From positions 7,683-71,682 of the forward strand of contig CAMNWO010000007.1 of NCBI GenBank assembly GCA_946565805.1: a DNA stretch of 64,000 nt, in the 5' to 3' direction. How positions within the stretch are numbered: the first letter of the stretch is position 1; every line of letters starts with the position of its first letter. This document shows, piece after piece, positions 46,427 through 56,904 of this stretch. The DNA comes from an uncultured Clostridium sp. (GTDB lineage: Bacteria; Bacillota; Clostridia; TANB77; CAG-508). The position numbers and the translations under genes are program-made. The notes under the pieces were generated by a model. It saw only the letters and a program-made list of their open reading frames with translations. It was not told the DNA's origin and did not search any database.

Positions 46427-47681
46427 ATGAAGAAAGAAAAACGAAGTTTGTTCAATATAATATTTGGTAAAAAAATACAACAATCAGTAGGAAATTATTT
46501 ACAACTTATGTCTGGATTTAATCCAGTCTATACAGATATACGGAGATGACATTTACCAAAGCAATATTGCAAGAGAATGTATTAATACTATAGCAACTCA
46601 TGCAGCTAAAATGTTACCAAAGCATGTTCAAAGAAAAGAAGGAACAACAAAAGAGTATAAAGGTGATGTAAACTATCTATTGAGCGTTCAACCAAATCCA
46701 ATAATGACTACTTACGATTTTTTATATAAAATTATAAGTATTTTGTATTCGTCTAATAATGCTTTTATTTTTATAAATAAAGATTCGAAAGGGATGATAA
46801 CAGGATTTTATCCACTACACCCAGACAATTGTGCGTTGTATGAAAAAAATGGAAAGATACATATACAATTTCAGTTTGTGGATGGAAATAGCTACTATAC
46901 GTTATATGATGAAGTAATACATTTAAGACGCTTTTTTAACAAACATGATATATATGGGGAAAACAACAATGTTTTAGTCAATTCAATTGAAACAGCCAAT
47001 ACAGCAAATGAAGGGATAAGAAACGCTATTAAAACGAGTACATCACTAAAAGGAGTACTGAAATATAATGCAATGCTAAAAGGTAAAGATATAAAAGAGA
47101 GCAGAGACCAATTCGTTGAAGACTTTATAAAAAACATGGGAGATGGAAGCGGAATCGCAGGTTTAGATAGTAAAGCTGATTTTCAAGAATTAAACTTAAA
47201 GCCATTAACACTAGATAAAGACCAATTAAACTTTGTAAATTATAATATTTTTGATTATTTTGGTATCTCTGAAAATATTATAAAAAGTAAATTTGACGAT
47301 ATAGAATGGAATGCTTTTTATGAGGCGGTAATTGAACCACTATCAATACAAATGAGCAATGCTTTTACGATAAAAATATTTGGGAAAGAAAGTATAAAAA
47401 GTGGACATCGAATAATTTTTGATGTTAACAGAATAAAATATGCAAAAACAGAAACAAAAATAAATCTATTAAAAGAGACAGCAATATTAGGATTATACAC
47501 AATAGATGAAGCAAGAGAAATACTAGACCTTCCAGCAATAGGAGGAGAAGAAGGAAAGAAAAGATTACAAACATTAAATGTAATAAATCAGGATATAGCA
47601 GATCAATATCAAGGAGGTGGAAAAGATGGAAAAGAGAACACAGGAAATAAGGATGACGGAAATGAGAGCGATACAGAATGA
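46427..47681 (+). CDS. Portal protein (HK97 family). Frame is broken at an in-frame CGG (C at 46541).
   Basis: MKKEKRSLFNIIFGKKIQQSVGNYLQLMSGFNPVYTDI|GDDIYQSNIARECINTIATHAAKMLPKHVQRK... continues into ORF 46611-47681. Confidence 0.85.
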
Positions 47682-48210
47682 AGAAAATAAAATGATAATA
47701 GAAGGATATGCAGTAGTCTTTGATAGTCCAAGTCATCCAATCTATGGAGAATGGATAGAATATGTAGATAGAAATGCTTTTAATGGGTGTGACATGAAAG
47801 ACGTAGTATTAAGATATAACCATAAAGACAGTTTTCCAATCATGGCGAGAACCAAAAATCAAAGCTTGCAATTAATTGTAGATGACAGAGGTTTAAAAGT
47901 TATAGCAGAGTTAATTGATACAATAAATAATAGAGATTTATATAAATCTATCCAAGAAGGATTAGTAGACAAAATGTCGTTTAGATTTTCGGTATCAAAA
48001 AACGACTGGGATTATTCTACTACACCAACAAGCAGAAGGATACTACAATTCGATAAGATTTTTGACGTATCTATTGTTGACGAGCCAGCATACGAAGCAA
48101 CAGAAGTGTATGCTAGAAGCAAAGAAGAAATACAAGAAGAAAAAAGAAAATACGAAGAACAAAAATTAGAATTTGAAAAAGAAAAACTTAAAATATTATT
48201 AAGTATATAA
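47617..48210 (+). CDS. Prohead protease (HK97 family)
   Basis: IIEGYAVVFDSPS...LRYNHK...MSFRF pattern. Lies between portal and capsid. Confidence 0.8.
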   Translation: MEKMEKRTQEIRMTEMRAIQNEENKMIIEGYAVVFDSPSHPIYGEWIEYVDRNAFNGCDMKDVVLRYNHKDSFPIMARTKNQSLQLIVDDRGLKVIAELIDTINNRDLYKSIQEGLVDKMSFRFSVSKNDWDYSTTPTSRRILQFDKIFDVSIVDEPAYEATEVYARSKEEIQEEKRKYEEQKLEFEKEKLKILLSI

Positions 48211-48318
48211 ATCCGACAAAGACATTCCGAGAGGGAGTGTCTTTTTTTGCGAGAGGCAAAATAGGAATTTTATAGAACAACGAGAGGTTGTAAAAAACAA
48301 AAAATAGGAGGATTTAAA

Positions 48319-49572
48319 ATGAACAAAGAAAAGAAAAAAGAATTGCTAGAAAAAATTGAAAAGGCAAAGGACATGGAGGAACTAAGAAGCTTACAAGCTG
48401 AATTAGATAATCTAAAAGAGGAAGAAAAAAAGAAAGAAGAGGAAAAACAAAAAGTGGAAGAAGAAAGAGCTTTATTAAGAAAAAATATTGAAGAAAGCAA
48501 TGTAAAGGAAGAAACAGTAGAGGACAGAGGAATTAATGGAGCTAAAAAAATTGAAAAACCAGGAGAGGAGAAAAGAAGCATGGAAGAAAATAATAAAATA
48601 TTAGAAGAAAGAGGACAAGCTTTAAAAGATGGAAAAGCAATTAAAGTTTCTTATGAGGATAGAGCTGTAACAGTATCAAGCGGTTCTGTATTAGTAGAGA
48701 AAAAATACAAAAAAACAATCGACGAAGCTTTCCAAGGAGTATCAGCATTAATTGATAATGTAAATTCAATTCAATTAGATGGTGGAGACTCATACTCAGT
48801 GCCATTTGAAAAAACATATGGAGAAGGAGAATACACAGCAGAAGGAGCAGATTACACAGAAGCAGAACCAGAAACAGATTATGTTGAAACTGGTAGAGCT
48901 AAAGTAACAGCTTACGCAGAGATAACAAAAGAACTAACAAAATTACCAAACGCAAACTATCAAGCTTTAGTAATTAAGAGAGTAAAAGATGCAATAAGAA
49001 AGAAAATAAGTAAACAAATTATTGCTGGAGCAGGAACAAGCAATACTATAAAAGGTTTATATAATGCAGATGAAAAAGTATTACCAAAAACTGAAGATAC
49101 AGCAGATATTGCATTAGAAATAATAAATGATGAAACATTAAATAAATTAGTATTTGCTTATGGTGGAGACGAAGCTGTAGAGGGAGAACAAACTTTAATT
49201 TTAAGCAAAAAAGATCTAGAGGCATTTTCTATGGTTAAAGACAAAATGGACAGATTTGTTTATAAAATTACAAGAAATGGACAAACAGGAAGAATTGCTT
49301 ATGCTCAAGGAGGAGTAGATGTACCATACATCATAAATTCTGCTTGTAATTCTTTATCAAACAACGAATTAGCAAAAGACACATTTACTATGGTATACGG
49401 ACCATTATCAAGTTTTGAAATGCCAGTATTCTCAACATTAGAAATAGAAGAATCAAGAGATTATAAATTCAAACAAGGAATTATAGCTTACAGAGGAGAT
49501 GTAATTTGTGGTGGTACTGTTGCAAAATACAAAGGATTTGTAAGGGTAAAAAAAGCAGAAACAGGAGTTTAA
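48319..49572 (+). CDS. Major capsid protein (HK97-like, with an N-terminal coiled-coil delta domain)
   Basis: 417 aa. Position and the Glu/Lys-rich scaffold-like N-terminus support the call. Confidence 0.8.
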   Translation: MNKEKKKELLEKIEKAKDMEELRSLQAELDNLKEEEKKKEEEKQKVEEERALLRKNIEESNVKEETVEDRGINGAKKIEKPGEEKRSMEENNKILEERGQALKDGKAIKVSYEDRAVTVSSGSVLVEKKYKKTIDEAFQGVSALIDNVNSIQLDGGDSYSVPFEKTYGEGEYTAEGADYTEAEPETDYVETGRAKVTAYAEITKELTKLPNANYQALVIKRVKDAIRKKISKQIIAGAGTSNTIKGLYNADEKVLPKTEDTADIALEIINDETLNKLVFAYGGDEAVEGEQTLILSKKDLEAFSMVKDKMDRFVYKITRNGQTGRIAYAQGGVDVPYIINSACNSLSNNELAKDTFTMVYGPLSSFEMPVFSTLEIEESRDYKFKQGIIAYRGDVICGGTVAKYKGFVRVKKAETGV

Positions 49573-49591
49573 ATAAAACAAGGAGGACTAT

Positions 49592-49897
49592 ATGGAGAAA
49601 CTAAAAAAGATAACAAAACAATGCTTAAGTATAATAGAAACATCTACAATAAAAGATGAGGAAATAGAAATGTTAATAAGAGCAGGAATAGCAGATTTAA
49701 AAAGGCAAGGAATAAATGCTTCTGAGAAAACAGAAGATAGCTTGTTGCAATCGGCTATTGTCATGTTTGTTAAATCTAATTTTGGAAATACAGATATAAA
49801 AGAAAAAGAACTAGCACAAAAAACATATAGTCTTCTTTGCAATAATTTAAGTTTGAGTTCAGAATACAAAATCAAGGAGGTAGATAACAATGCGTGA
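49592..49897 (+). CDS. Head-tail connector (gp6-like)
   Basis: 101 aa, first gene after the capsid. IKDEEIEMLIRAGIADLKRQGI pattern. Confidence 0.6.
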   Translation: MEKLKKITKQCLSIIETSTIKDEEIEMLIRAGIADLKRQGINASEKTEDSLLQSAIVMFVKSNFGNTDIKEKELAQKTYSLLCNNLSLSSEYKIKEVDNNA

Positions 49898-50210
49898 TGT
49901 AAGTTGCAAGTTGTTATCTACAACTTTAAAAACTGATGATATTGGAGTACAAAAAGAAGAAGTAAAAGAAATAGAAGTTCCACTAATAAAAGTAGAAGAT
50001 GTTTATGCAAATGAGTTCTACAAAGCAAATGAACAAGGATATAAACCAAGTTTAAGATTAAGAATAAGTGCTCTAAACTATGACAATCAGCCAGAATTGA
50101 TTTATATGGACAAGATATATAACATTATTCGTACGCAAGAAATAACAGCAGATGAACTGATATTGATTTGTGAAAGGAAAGTAAAAAATGTCAAAAACAA
50201 TAAAAATTGA
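49890..50210 (+). CDS. Head-tail adaptor / head closure protein
   Basis: 106 aa. Synteny and YKPSLRLRI...IYNIIRTQE pattern. Confidence 0.55.
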   Translation: MRDVSCKLLSTTLKTDDIGVQKEEVKEIEVPLIKVEDVYANEFYKANEQGYKPSLRLRISALNYDNQPELIYMDKIYNIIRTQEITADELILICERKVKNVKNNKN

Positions 50211-50574
50211 TTCTTTAGCAAAAGAAATAACAGAAGCATTGGAAAATTATGCAGATGATATTTCCGAAACGGTTGAAGAAGTTGCTAATGAAGTAGGAAA
50301 AGAAGCAGTAGATGAAATAAAACAAACATCTCCAAAAAAACGTGGAAACTATGCAAAAGGGTGGAAATTAAAAAAAGATAAACTAGGAAAAGAAAAATAT
50401 TGTGTAAAAATACACAATAAGACAGACTACCAACTAACACATCTACTTGAATTTGGACATGCTACTAGAAATGGAAAGAGAACAAAAGCTATTCCACATA
50501 TTAGACCAGTTGAGCAGAAATATTCTGAAAAATATGAACAAGAACTAAAAAGGAAAATAGGAGGTATGAAATGA
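50188..50574 (+). CDS. HK97 gp10-family tail-head joining protein
   Basis: YAKGWKLKK...HNKTDYQLTHLLEFGH pattern. Confidence 0.6.
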   Translation: MSKTIKIDSLAKEITEALENYADDISETVEEVANEVGKEAVDEIKQTSPKKRGNYAKGWKLKKDKLGKEKYCVKIHNKTDYQLTHLLEFGHATRNGKRTKAIPHIRPVEQKYSEKYEQELKRKIGGMK

Positions 50575-50882
50575 CTCTAAAAGAATTAAAAACAAAATGT
50601 CAAGAAGCAGGATTCAAATATGCTTACGGACAATTTAAAGAAGAAGTAGAACCTCCGCATTTAGTTGCTATAACAGTTGGAACAAACAACTTTATGGCAG
50701 ACAACAAGGTTTACAAGAAAGAAACTCGAATTAAATTAGATTACACTTACATAGATAAAGACGAAGAAGAACAGAACAAATTAGAAGATGAAGTCCTAAG
50801 CGATGTGGCTTGGGATAAAACAGACGAAACTTACTTATCAGACGAACAAGTCTGGCAAGTGAGTTATTTTTTTGAAATTTAA
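50571..50882 (+). CDS. Tail completion protein (hypothetical)
   Basis: 103 aa. Called from synteny ahead of the major tail gene. Confidence 0.45.
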   Translation: MTLKELKTKCQEAGFKYAYGQFKEEVEPPHLVAITVGTNNFMADNKVYKKETRIKLDYTYIDKDEEEQNKLEDEVLSDVAWDKTDETYLSDEQVWQVSYFFEI

Positions 50883-50901
50883 AAAGAAAGAAGGAAAAGA
50901 A

Positions 50902-51477
50902 ATGAAAAACAAAGTAAAATTTGGATTAAGTAATGTACATATTGCAAAAATGATTTTCGGAGAAAATGGAGCAATTAGCTATGATACGCCATTTGCAATA
51001 CCTGGTGCAGTAAGTTTAAGTTTAGATGCAGAAGGAGAAGAAACACCATTTTATGCAGATAATATAAAATATTATAATTCTTACGCCAATAATGGATATT
51101 CAGGAGATTTAGAGATTGCAGATATTCCTGAAAAATTTAGAACAGACATTTTAGGAGAAAAGAAAGACAAAAACGGAGCATTAATTGAAAGCTCAAATGT
51201 AGAAATATCTCCATTTGCATTAATGTTTCAAATTGAAGGAGATAAAACAGCTAGAAGATGTGTATATTATAATACTACAGTATCTAGACCATCAAGCGAA
51301 GCTAGTACTGTAGAAGAATCAAAGGAACCAAAAACAGATACATTGTCAATCACAACAGGTCCACGTTCTACTGACCAAAAAGTAAGAGCAATATTAGAAA
51401 AAAACGAAACAAATGCAACTATTTACGACAATTTTTATGAAGCTGTATATGAAGAAGATAAAGAAGCAAGCGTGTAG
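50902..51477 (+). CDS. Major tail protein (phi13 family-like)
   Basis: KVKFGLSNVHIAKM...YDTPFAIPGAVSLSLDAEGEETPFYADN. The ORF is open from 50872. Confidence 0.75.
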   Translation: MKNKVKFGLSNVHIAKMIFGENGAISYDTPFAIPGAVSLSLDAEGEETPFYADNIKYYNSYANNGYSGDLEIADIPEKFRTDILGEKKDKNGALIESSNVEISPFALMFQIEGDKTARRCVYYNTTVSRPSSEASTVEESKEPKTDTLSITTGPRSTDQKVRAILEKNETNATIYDNFYEAVYEEDKEASV

Positions 51478-51490
51478 GAGGGAATAATTT

Positions 51491-51883
51491 ATGAAAACAA
51501 TAACAATTTGCGGTAAAGAGCATAAAATTGGTTGCAATGCATTAACATACGTTAAATACAGAGAAAAATTTAAAAGAGGAATTTTTGATGATATAAAAAT
51601 ATTACAAAATTTCTTAAACAAACAAGTTATGCTTGTAAATGAATTAAAGAAAGAAAATCCAGATTTAGACGATACTCTTGTAATTTCTAGCTTATCTAGC
51701 TTAATGTTAGATGATATGGATTTATTTGCTGAGGCAGCAACAAGAATAGCATACATAATGATATATACAGCAAATGAAAAAGTAGAAGAGTACGAAGAAT
51801 GGTTAAGAAACATACCGTCTTTAAAAACTAATGATGAATGGATTGCAGAGGTAACGGAATTTGCCGTAAGTTGCTTTTGTTGA
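51491..51883 (+). CDS. Tail assembly chaperone (G-like), with a candidate +1-frame extension to 52115 (GT-like)
   Basis: Lies between the major tail and tape measure genes. A 78-codon ORF without a start runs in the +1 frame from 51870 to 52115. A CTTTTG slippery run lies at 51874-51879. Confidence 0.65.
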   Translation: MKTITICGKEHKIGCNALTYVKYREKFKRGIFDDIKILQNFLNKQVMLVNELKKENPDLDDTLVISSLSSLMLDDMDLFAEAATRIAYIMIYTANEKVEEYEEWLRNIPSLKTNDEWIAEVTEFAVSCFC

Positions 51884-52158
51884 TAATGAATTATATCAAA
51901 AAATAGAAAGAATAAGTAACAGCAATGCAGATTTTGTAGAAGAATACCCAGAGCAAGAGTTTATTGCTTCTTGCTTAAGGATAGGATTGACATTAAGAGA
52001 CTTAGAAAAAATAACATATATAGAAGCTATGAAAGTGCTATATTCTTTCTTAGAAAAAGACCAAAAGAAAGAGAAAAAAGCGACACAAGCTGATATAGAT
52101 AAAATGTTTATGTAAGAGGCTATTTAAGCCTCTTATTTTGTTATAAGAGGTGTAAAAA

Positions 52159-55100
52159 ATGGCAGGTAGTATAAAAGGAATAATAGTAGAAATTGGTGGA
52201 GATACAAGTGGATTACAAAAAGCATTAAAAAAAGTTAATTCTAGTACATCTAGTTTAAGCAAGGAATTAAGAGGAGTTAACTCTTTACTTAAGCTAGACC
52301 CGAAAAATACGGAGTTAGTATCTCAAAAACAAACAATTTTAAAACAGAATATAGAGCAAACATCTAAGAAACTTGAGGAATTAAGAAAAGCACAGGAAAT
52401 GGCAGACAGCACTATTGCTAGTGGCGGAGAAATTTCTCAAGAAAATTATAGAAATTTGCAAAGAGAGATAATAAATACAGAAAGCAAATTAAAACAATTA
52501 CAAGTAGAAGCTTCTAAGTGGACAGCAGCAGGAAGAAGTATAGAGGAATTTGGAAACAAAGTAAGTAATATATCCAATAAAATAGACAAAATGGGGATAA
52601 CTTTAACAACTAGACTAACATTACCGATTGCAGGAATGGTAACTACAGCAATAGCTTCTATGGATGCAGTGGATGAAGGATTAGATACAATAGCAACAAA
52701 AACAGGAGCCACAGGGGCAGCAGCAAAAGAACTACAAGAAATTTATAAGGAAGTAGCAAGTGAAGTACCAGGCGAATTTGGAGATATTGGTGCAGCGATT
52801 GGAGAAATAAATACAAGATTAGATTTTACAGGAGATAAGCTAAAAACAGCTTCTGTAGAATTTCTTAAATTTGCAAAAGTAAATGGAACAGATGTAAATA
52901 CATCAGTGCAATTAGTAACAAGAGCAATGGGAGACGCAGGAATAAAAGCAGAGGACTATGCTAGTTTATTAGATATGCTTACTGTAGCGGGACAAAAGAG
53001 TGGTATTTCGATAGATGCTCTTACTACAAATCTTGCTAAATATGGGGCACCAATGAGGGCTCTAGGAATTGATACAAAGAATGCAATTGCTATGTTTGCA
53101 GGATGGGAAAAAGCAGGTGTAAACACGGAGATAGCATTTTCTGGTATGAAAAAGGCTATTTCTAACTGGGGAAAAGCAGGAAAGGATTCGACAAAGGAAT
53201 TTAGCAACACATTAAATGAAATAGCTAAATGTCCAGATATTGCAAAAGCCACTACAAAAGCAATAGAAGTATTTGGAGCAAAAGCAGGACCAGACTTGGC
53301 AGATGCGATAAAAGGTGGAAGATTTGAGTTTCAAAAATATGTAGAAGCATTAGACAATGGCTCTGGAACACTAGAAAGTACATATAAACAAATCGTAGAC
53401 GAAGTAGACGATACACAACTTGCAATGCAAAATGCTAAAATAGCAATGCACGACGCAGGAGAAATAGCAGCCAAAAGTTTAGGACCAGCTCTTTTAGATT
53501 TATCAAAAAAATTTAAAAGTTTGATGGAACGATTCGATAAATTAAGCGATAAGGAAAAGAAACAAATTTTAAATATAGCATTAATGGCTGCAGCAATTGG
53601 TCCATGTGTAAAAATCATGGGAACATTAGGAAAAACAATTGGAACAGGAACAAAAGCATTAGGAATGTTTTCACAAGCTATGGCTGTATCAAAAAACAAT
53701 GCGACTTCAAATGTAGCATCAATAAATAATTTATCAAAAGCAATTGGTGCGTTATCTACACCAACAGGATTTGCAATAGCAGCATTTGGAACACTAACGG
53801 CAGTTTTAATTACACTAAAAGCAGCCCAAATGCAAGAACAAGCTTCGCTGAAAGGATTAAGAGAAGAAGTTGAAAACCAAAAAGAAGCTTGGAACAATCT
53901 AACAGAAACAAGAAAAGCTAGTATAAACAGTTCTATGACAGAGATAAGCATTTGTGAAAATTTAAGAAATGAATTATCACAAATTACAGATGAAAATGGA
54001 AAAGTCAAAGAAGGATATGAACAAAGAGCAGAAGTAATTTTAAATTCTTTAAATAAAGCATTAGGAACAGAATATAAACTAAATGGAAATATAATCAACC
54101 AATATCAAGATTTAAAGAGTAACATAGACAATGTTATTGCAAGCAAAAAAGCAGAAGCGGTTTTAAACGCTTATCAAGAAGAATATGGAACAGCAATAAA
54201 AGAACAAGCCAATGCAGTTAAAACATTAACAGAATTGGAAGAACAACGATTAGAAACATCTAAAAAACTAGCAACTGGAACATATGAAGAAAGAATAGAA
54301 GCTCAGCGAACATTAAAAGTAATTGGAGATAAAATGCGAGAACAGAATGATCTAATTGGAGCGTATGGAAAAACAATTACAAGTTACGAAAATTTACAAA
54401 AGGCAAGTGCAGAAGGAACATCAGAAGCAATAACAAAAGCTATCGATGAAATTGGAATCTCTTATGAAAATACTAAAACAAAAGCCAATGAAAGTGTAAT
54501 AGAACAAATAAACGCACAACAAGAATATGTAGATGCAATTAAAAAAAGTTTAGATGAAGCAAAAAAGAAGAATGATACGTATCAACAAAAAATACTAGAA
54601 AATCAACTAACTACGAATGAGCAACAGTTAACAAATTTAAAAAACAATCTAAAGGAACAAACTAATACAATAGAGGAACTTACACCAGAACAAATTGAAG
54701 CGTGGAAAAAAACTGCAAATCGTAGCCAGGCAGAATATGGAGAATTGTTATCACTAATACCAGAGGAAACACAAAAAAAAATACAAGAAGCAACTGGAAT
54801 AGTAGCACTAAACACAAGTTTATCTACACAATTTGGTGTGACAGCAACAAACGCAACAGGATTATTTAGAAATAATTTGCAATTAGATAATGTTGCAAAA
54901 GATGAAATAACAGAAACATCAACAGCGCTTCAAAATGATACTTCTGTAAACTCAGCTTCTTCAAATTTGGCACAAAAAGCAAACGAAGGATTTAATAATC
55001 ATGTAGATGGAAGAACATGGGGGGAAGATTTAAGCGAGAACATATCTAGCGGTATGATATCAAAAAAAGCACAAGAAAAAGTAACTAGTGCTGCTACATC

Positions 55101-55467
55101 TATAGCGAGTGCAATTAAAAGCATACTAGGACACTCTGTTCCAAAGAAAGGGCCATTAAAAAATGAATTAACATATATGCCAGACATGATTGACAACTTA
55201 ACAAAAGGAATCGAAAAAAATAAGTATAAGATAACAAATATAACAAATGAGCTTGCAGAAAATATAAAAGATAGCTTTGAATTGAACAATCTGAAACTCC
55301 CACAAATACGAGACCTAGGAAAGCTACAAGGAAAATTAAGCAGAGAAATAAATAGCAATACTAAAAACATAAGTAATGACAATAGAAATATAACATTCAA
55401 CATTCAAGGAAGCAACGCTAAAGAAATAGCAGAAGAAATTAATAAGATATTTGGGAATTTATATTAA
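52159..55467 (+). CDS. Tape measure protein
   Basis: 1102 aa. Long helical/coiled-coil protein with a central hydrophobic block, downstream of the chaperone. Confidence 0.9.
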   Translation: MAGSIKGIIVEIGGDTSGLQKALKKVNSSTSSLSKELRGVNSLLKLDPKNTELVSQKQTILKQNIEQTSKKLEELRKAQEMADSTIASGGEISQENYRNLQREIINTESKLKQLQVEASKWTAAGRSIEEFGNKVSNISNKIDKMGITLTTRLTLPIAGMVTTAIASMDAVDEGLDTIATKTGATGAAAKELQEIYKEVASEVPGEFGDIGAAIGEINTRLDFTGDKLKTASVEFLKFAKVNGTDVNTSVQLVTRAMGDAGIKAEDYASLLDMLTVAGQKSGISIDALTTNLAKYGAPMRALGIDTKNAIAMFAGWEKAGVNTEIAFSGMKKAISNWGKAGKDSTKEFSNTLNEIAKCPDIAKATTKAIEVFGAKAGPDLADAIKGGRFEFQKYVEALDNGSGTLESTYKQIVDEVDDTQLAMQNAKIAMHDAGEIAAKSLGPALLDLSKKFKSLMERFDKLSDKEKKQILNIALMAAAIGPCVKIMGTLGKTIGTGTKALGMFSQAMAVSKNNATSNVASINNLSKAIGALSTPTGFAIAAFGTLTAVLITLKAAQMQEQASLKGLREEVENQKEAWNNLTETRKASINSSMTEISICENLRNELSQITDENGKVKEGYEQRAEVILNSLNKALGTEYKLNGNIINQYQDLKSNIDNVIASKKAEAVLNAYQEEYGTAIKEQANAVKTLTELEEQRLETSKKLATGTYEERIEAQRTLKVIGDKMREQNDLIGAYGKTITSYENLQKASAEGTSEAITKAIDEIGISYENTKTKANESVIEQINAQQEYVDAIKKSLDEAKKKNDTYQQKILENQLTTNEQQLTNLKNNLKEQTNTIEELTPEQIEAWKKTANRSQAEYGELLSLIPEETQKKIQEATGIVALNTSLSTQFGVTATNATGLFRNNLQLDNVAKDEITETSTALQNDTSVNSASSNLAQKANEGFNNHVDGRTWGEDLSENISSGMISKKAQEKVTSAATSIASAIKSILGHSVPKKGPLKNELTYMPDMIDNLTKGIEKNKYKITNITNELAENIKDSFELNNLKLPQIRDLGKLQGKLSREINSNTKNISNDNRNITFNIQGSNAKEIAEEINKIFGNLY

Positions 55468-55551
55468 TTTTCATATTTTCGACAAAATTCGACAATGAAA
55501 GTCGAAAAAACATGTTATACTTTTTATATAGAAAGTATAAGGAGTGATAAT

Positions 55552-56022
55552 ATGGTTTGTAAAAAATGTAAAAGAGAATGCCTAGAAAGCGAATTAAAGG
55601 ATGGAGTATGTATAGAATGTACCTCGAAAAAGAAAAATAATACAATAAGAATTATCATTATTTCAGTAGTTATTTCAGCTATCTTAAATCTAGGAATAAC
55701 AATATGGTTTAATAATGATGCAAAAGTTTCGGATTTTAAAATTGAATACTTTAATATGGAGACTGAAAAAACGACATATACATATTCAGAAGACTCTTTG
55801 TCATATAGTGGCAAAGGAAAAATATCTTGCAAAGATACTAATACAGATTATACTGTGCTAGTTGAAAAGAAGAATAAAGTAAATGGAGAAACAGAATGTT
55901 TTCCTGTCATAATTCATGAAGGAGAAGGAGAAATATCTACATACGATTCTAGTTATTCTGGAACAACTCAAAAACCAGAATATGAATTTAAAATAATCGG
56001 ATATAGAAGTTTCAAAAAATAG
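55552..56022 (+). CDS. Zinc-ribbon membrane protein (moron; possible superinfection-exclusion factor)
   Basis: MVCKKCKREC...CIEC zinc ribbon, one TM helix, then a beta-rich ectodomain. AAGGAG RBS ahead of ATG 55552. Confidence 0.5.
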   Translation: MVCKKCKRECLESELKDGVCIECTSKKKNNTIRIIIISVVISAILNLGITIWFNNDAKVSDFKIEYFNMETEKTTYTYSEDSLSYSGKGKISCKDTNTDYTVLVEKKNKVNGETECFPVIIHEGEGEISTYDSSYSGTTQKPEYEFKIIGYRSFKK

Positions 56023-56055
56023 ATGTATCAAAAATAAACACTCTTAATTGAGTGT

Positions 56056-56265
56056 TTATTTTTTCTTAATATTTGAAATATCTACAATTCGATTTCTAAC
56101 ACTAAGAACATCAGGGTTGCCAAAAAATCTTTCTATTGTATATTGATTTAATATACATTCTATTTCTTTATTAAGAGAACGACCATCTACTTCTGCAAAA
56201 GCACGAATATTATCTAATACTTCTTTATCAATTCTTAATGTGTAAGTTGGTTTTTGACTTGGCAT
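56056..56265 (-). CDS. Ribbon-helix-helix (Arc/Mnt/CopG-type) repressor
   Basis: PTYTLRIDKEVLDNIRAFAEVDGRSLNKEIECIL shows a beta-strand/helix/helix pattern. It is the only minus-strand gene in the late region. Confidence 0.65.
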   Translation of the reverse strand: MPSQKPTYTLRIDKEVLDNIRAFAEVDGRSLNKEIECILNQYTIERFFGNPDVLSVRNRIVDISNIKKK

Positions 56266-56443
56266 AAGATTAACTCCTTTATTATCTTTATAATAATATT
56301 ATATCACAATACCTAGTAAGAAGTCAAAAAAGAATTTGAGAAAATTCCAAAAAAGTATTGACTTTTAATAAAAGATGTTATAATATGCAGGTGACATCAA
56401 AAGTGAACACAAAGAGAACACAAAAAGAAAGGAGGAAAAATAG

Positions 56444-56608
56444 ATGCAAAAAGCTAAAATAAAACCATTTCCATTAAGAGTTAGTGATGATTTAAAAGAT
56501 TTTTTAACTCAGGTTTCAGACAGCAAAGGAATAGCAAGAAACACTTTAATAACTAATTTATTATGGGAATATAAAGGAAGATTTGAAAATGAACAAAAAA
56601 ATAGATAA
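56444..56608 (+). CDS. Ribbon-helix-helix (Arc-like) small repressor, 54 aa
   Basis: KPFPLRVSDDLKDFLTQVSDSKGIARNTLITNLL. GGAGG RBS. Divergent from 56056-56265. Below the ORF-track cutoff. Confidence 0.55.
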   Translation: MQKAKIKPFPLRVSDDLKDFLTQVSDSKGIARNTLITNLLWEYKGRFENEQKNR

Positions 56609-56904
56609 TGTGTGGTCTGGTAAACTAATCACATTATCTAACAAGTTAAAAACACTTTGCAAAGTATTTTCTATACTTATTATACTATATAGAAGCCTTT
56701 TTGTCAAAGTGTTTAAGAAAAATTTGATAGGAGGGCTTTTATTATGAGCAAAAAAGAATTTGTAAATGAAAGAATAACAAATAACAAAAAAATATTCAAC
56801 AAGAAGGAATTAAAATGCATACAGAAAAATCAAGAGCTTATTACGAAAATTTATATGTTAGGGAGTATGGACACTGCAAATACAATATTAGGAGGAATAG
56901 TATA

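Noticed and set aside
53331-54098. A 255-aa minus-strand ORF inside the tape measure gene, and similar antisense ORFs at 52446-52712, 52956-53252 and 54999-55403
   Set aside because: They are antisense shadows of a long Ala/Lys/Glu-rich CDS. The whole late operon is on the plus strand.
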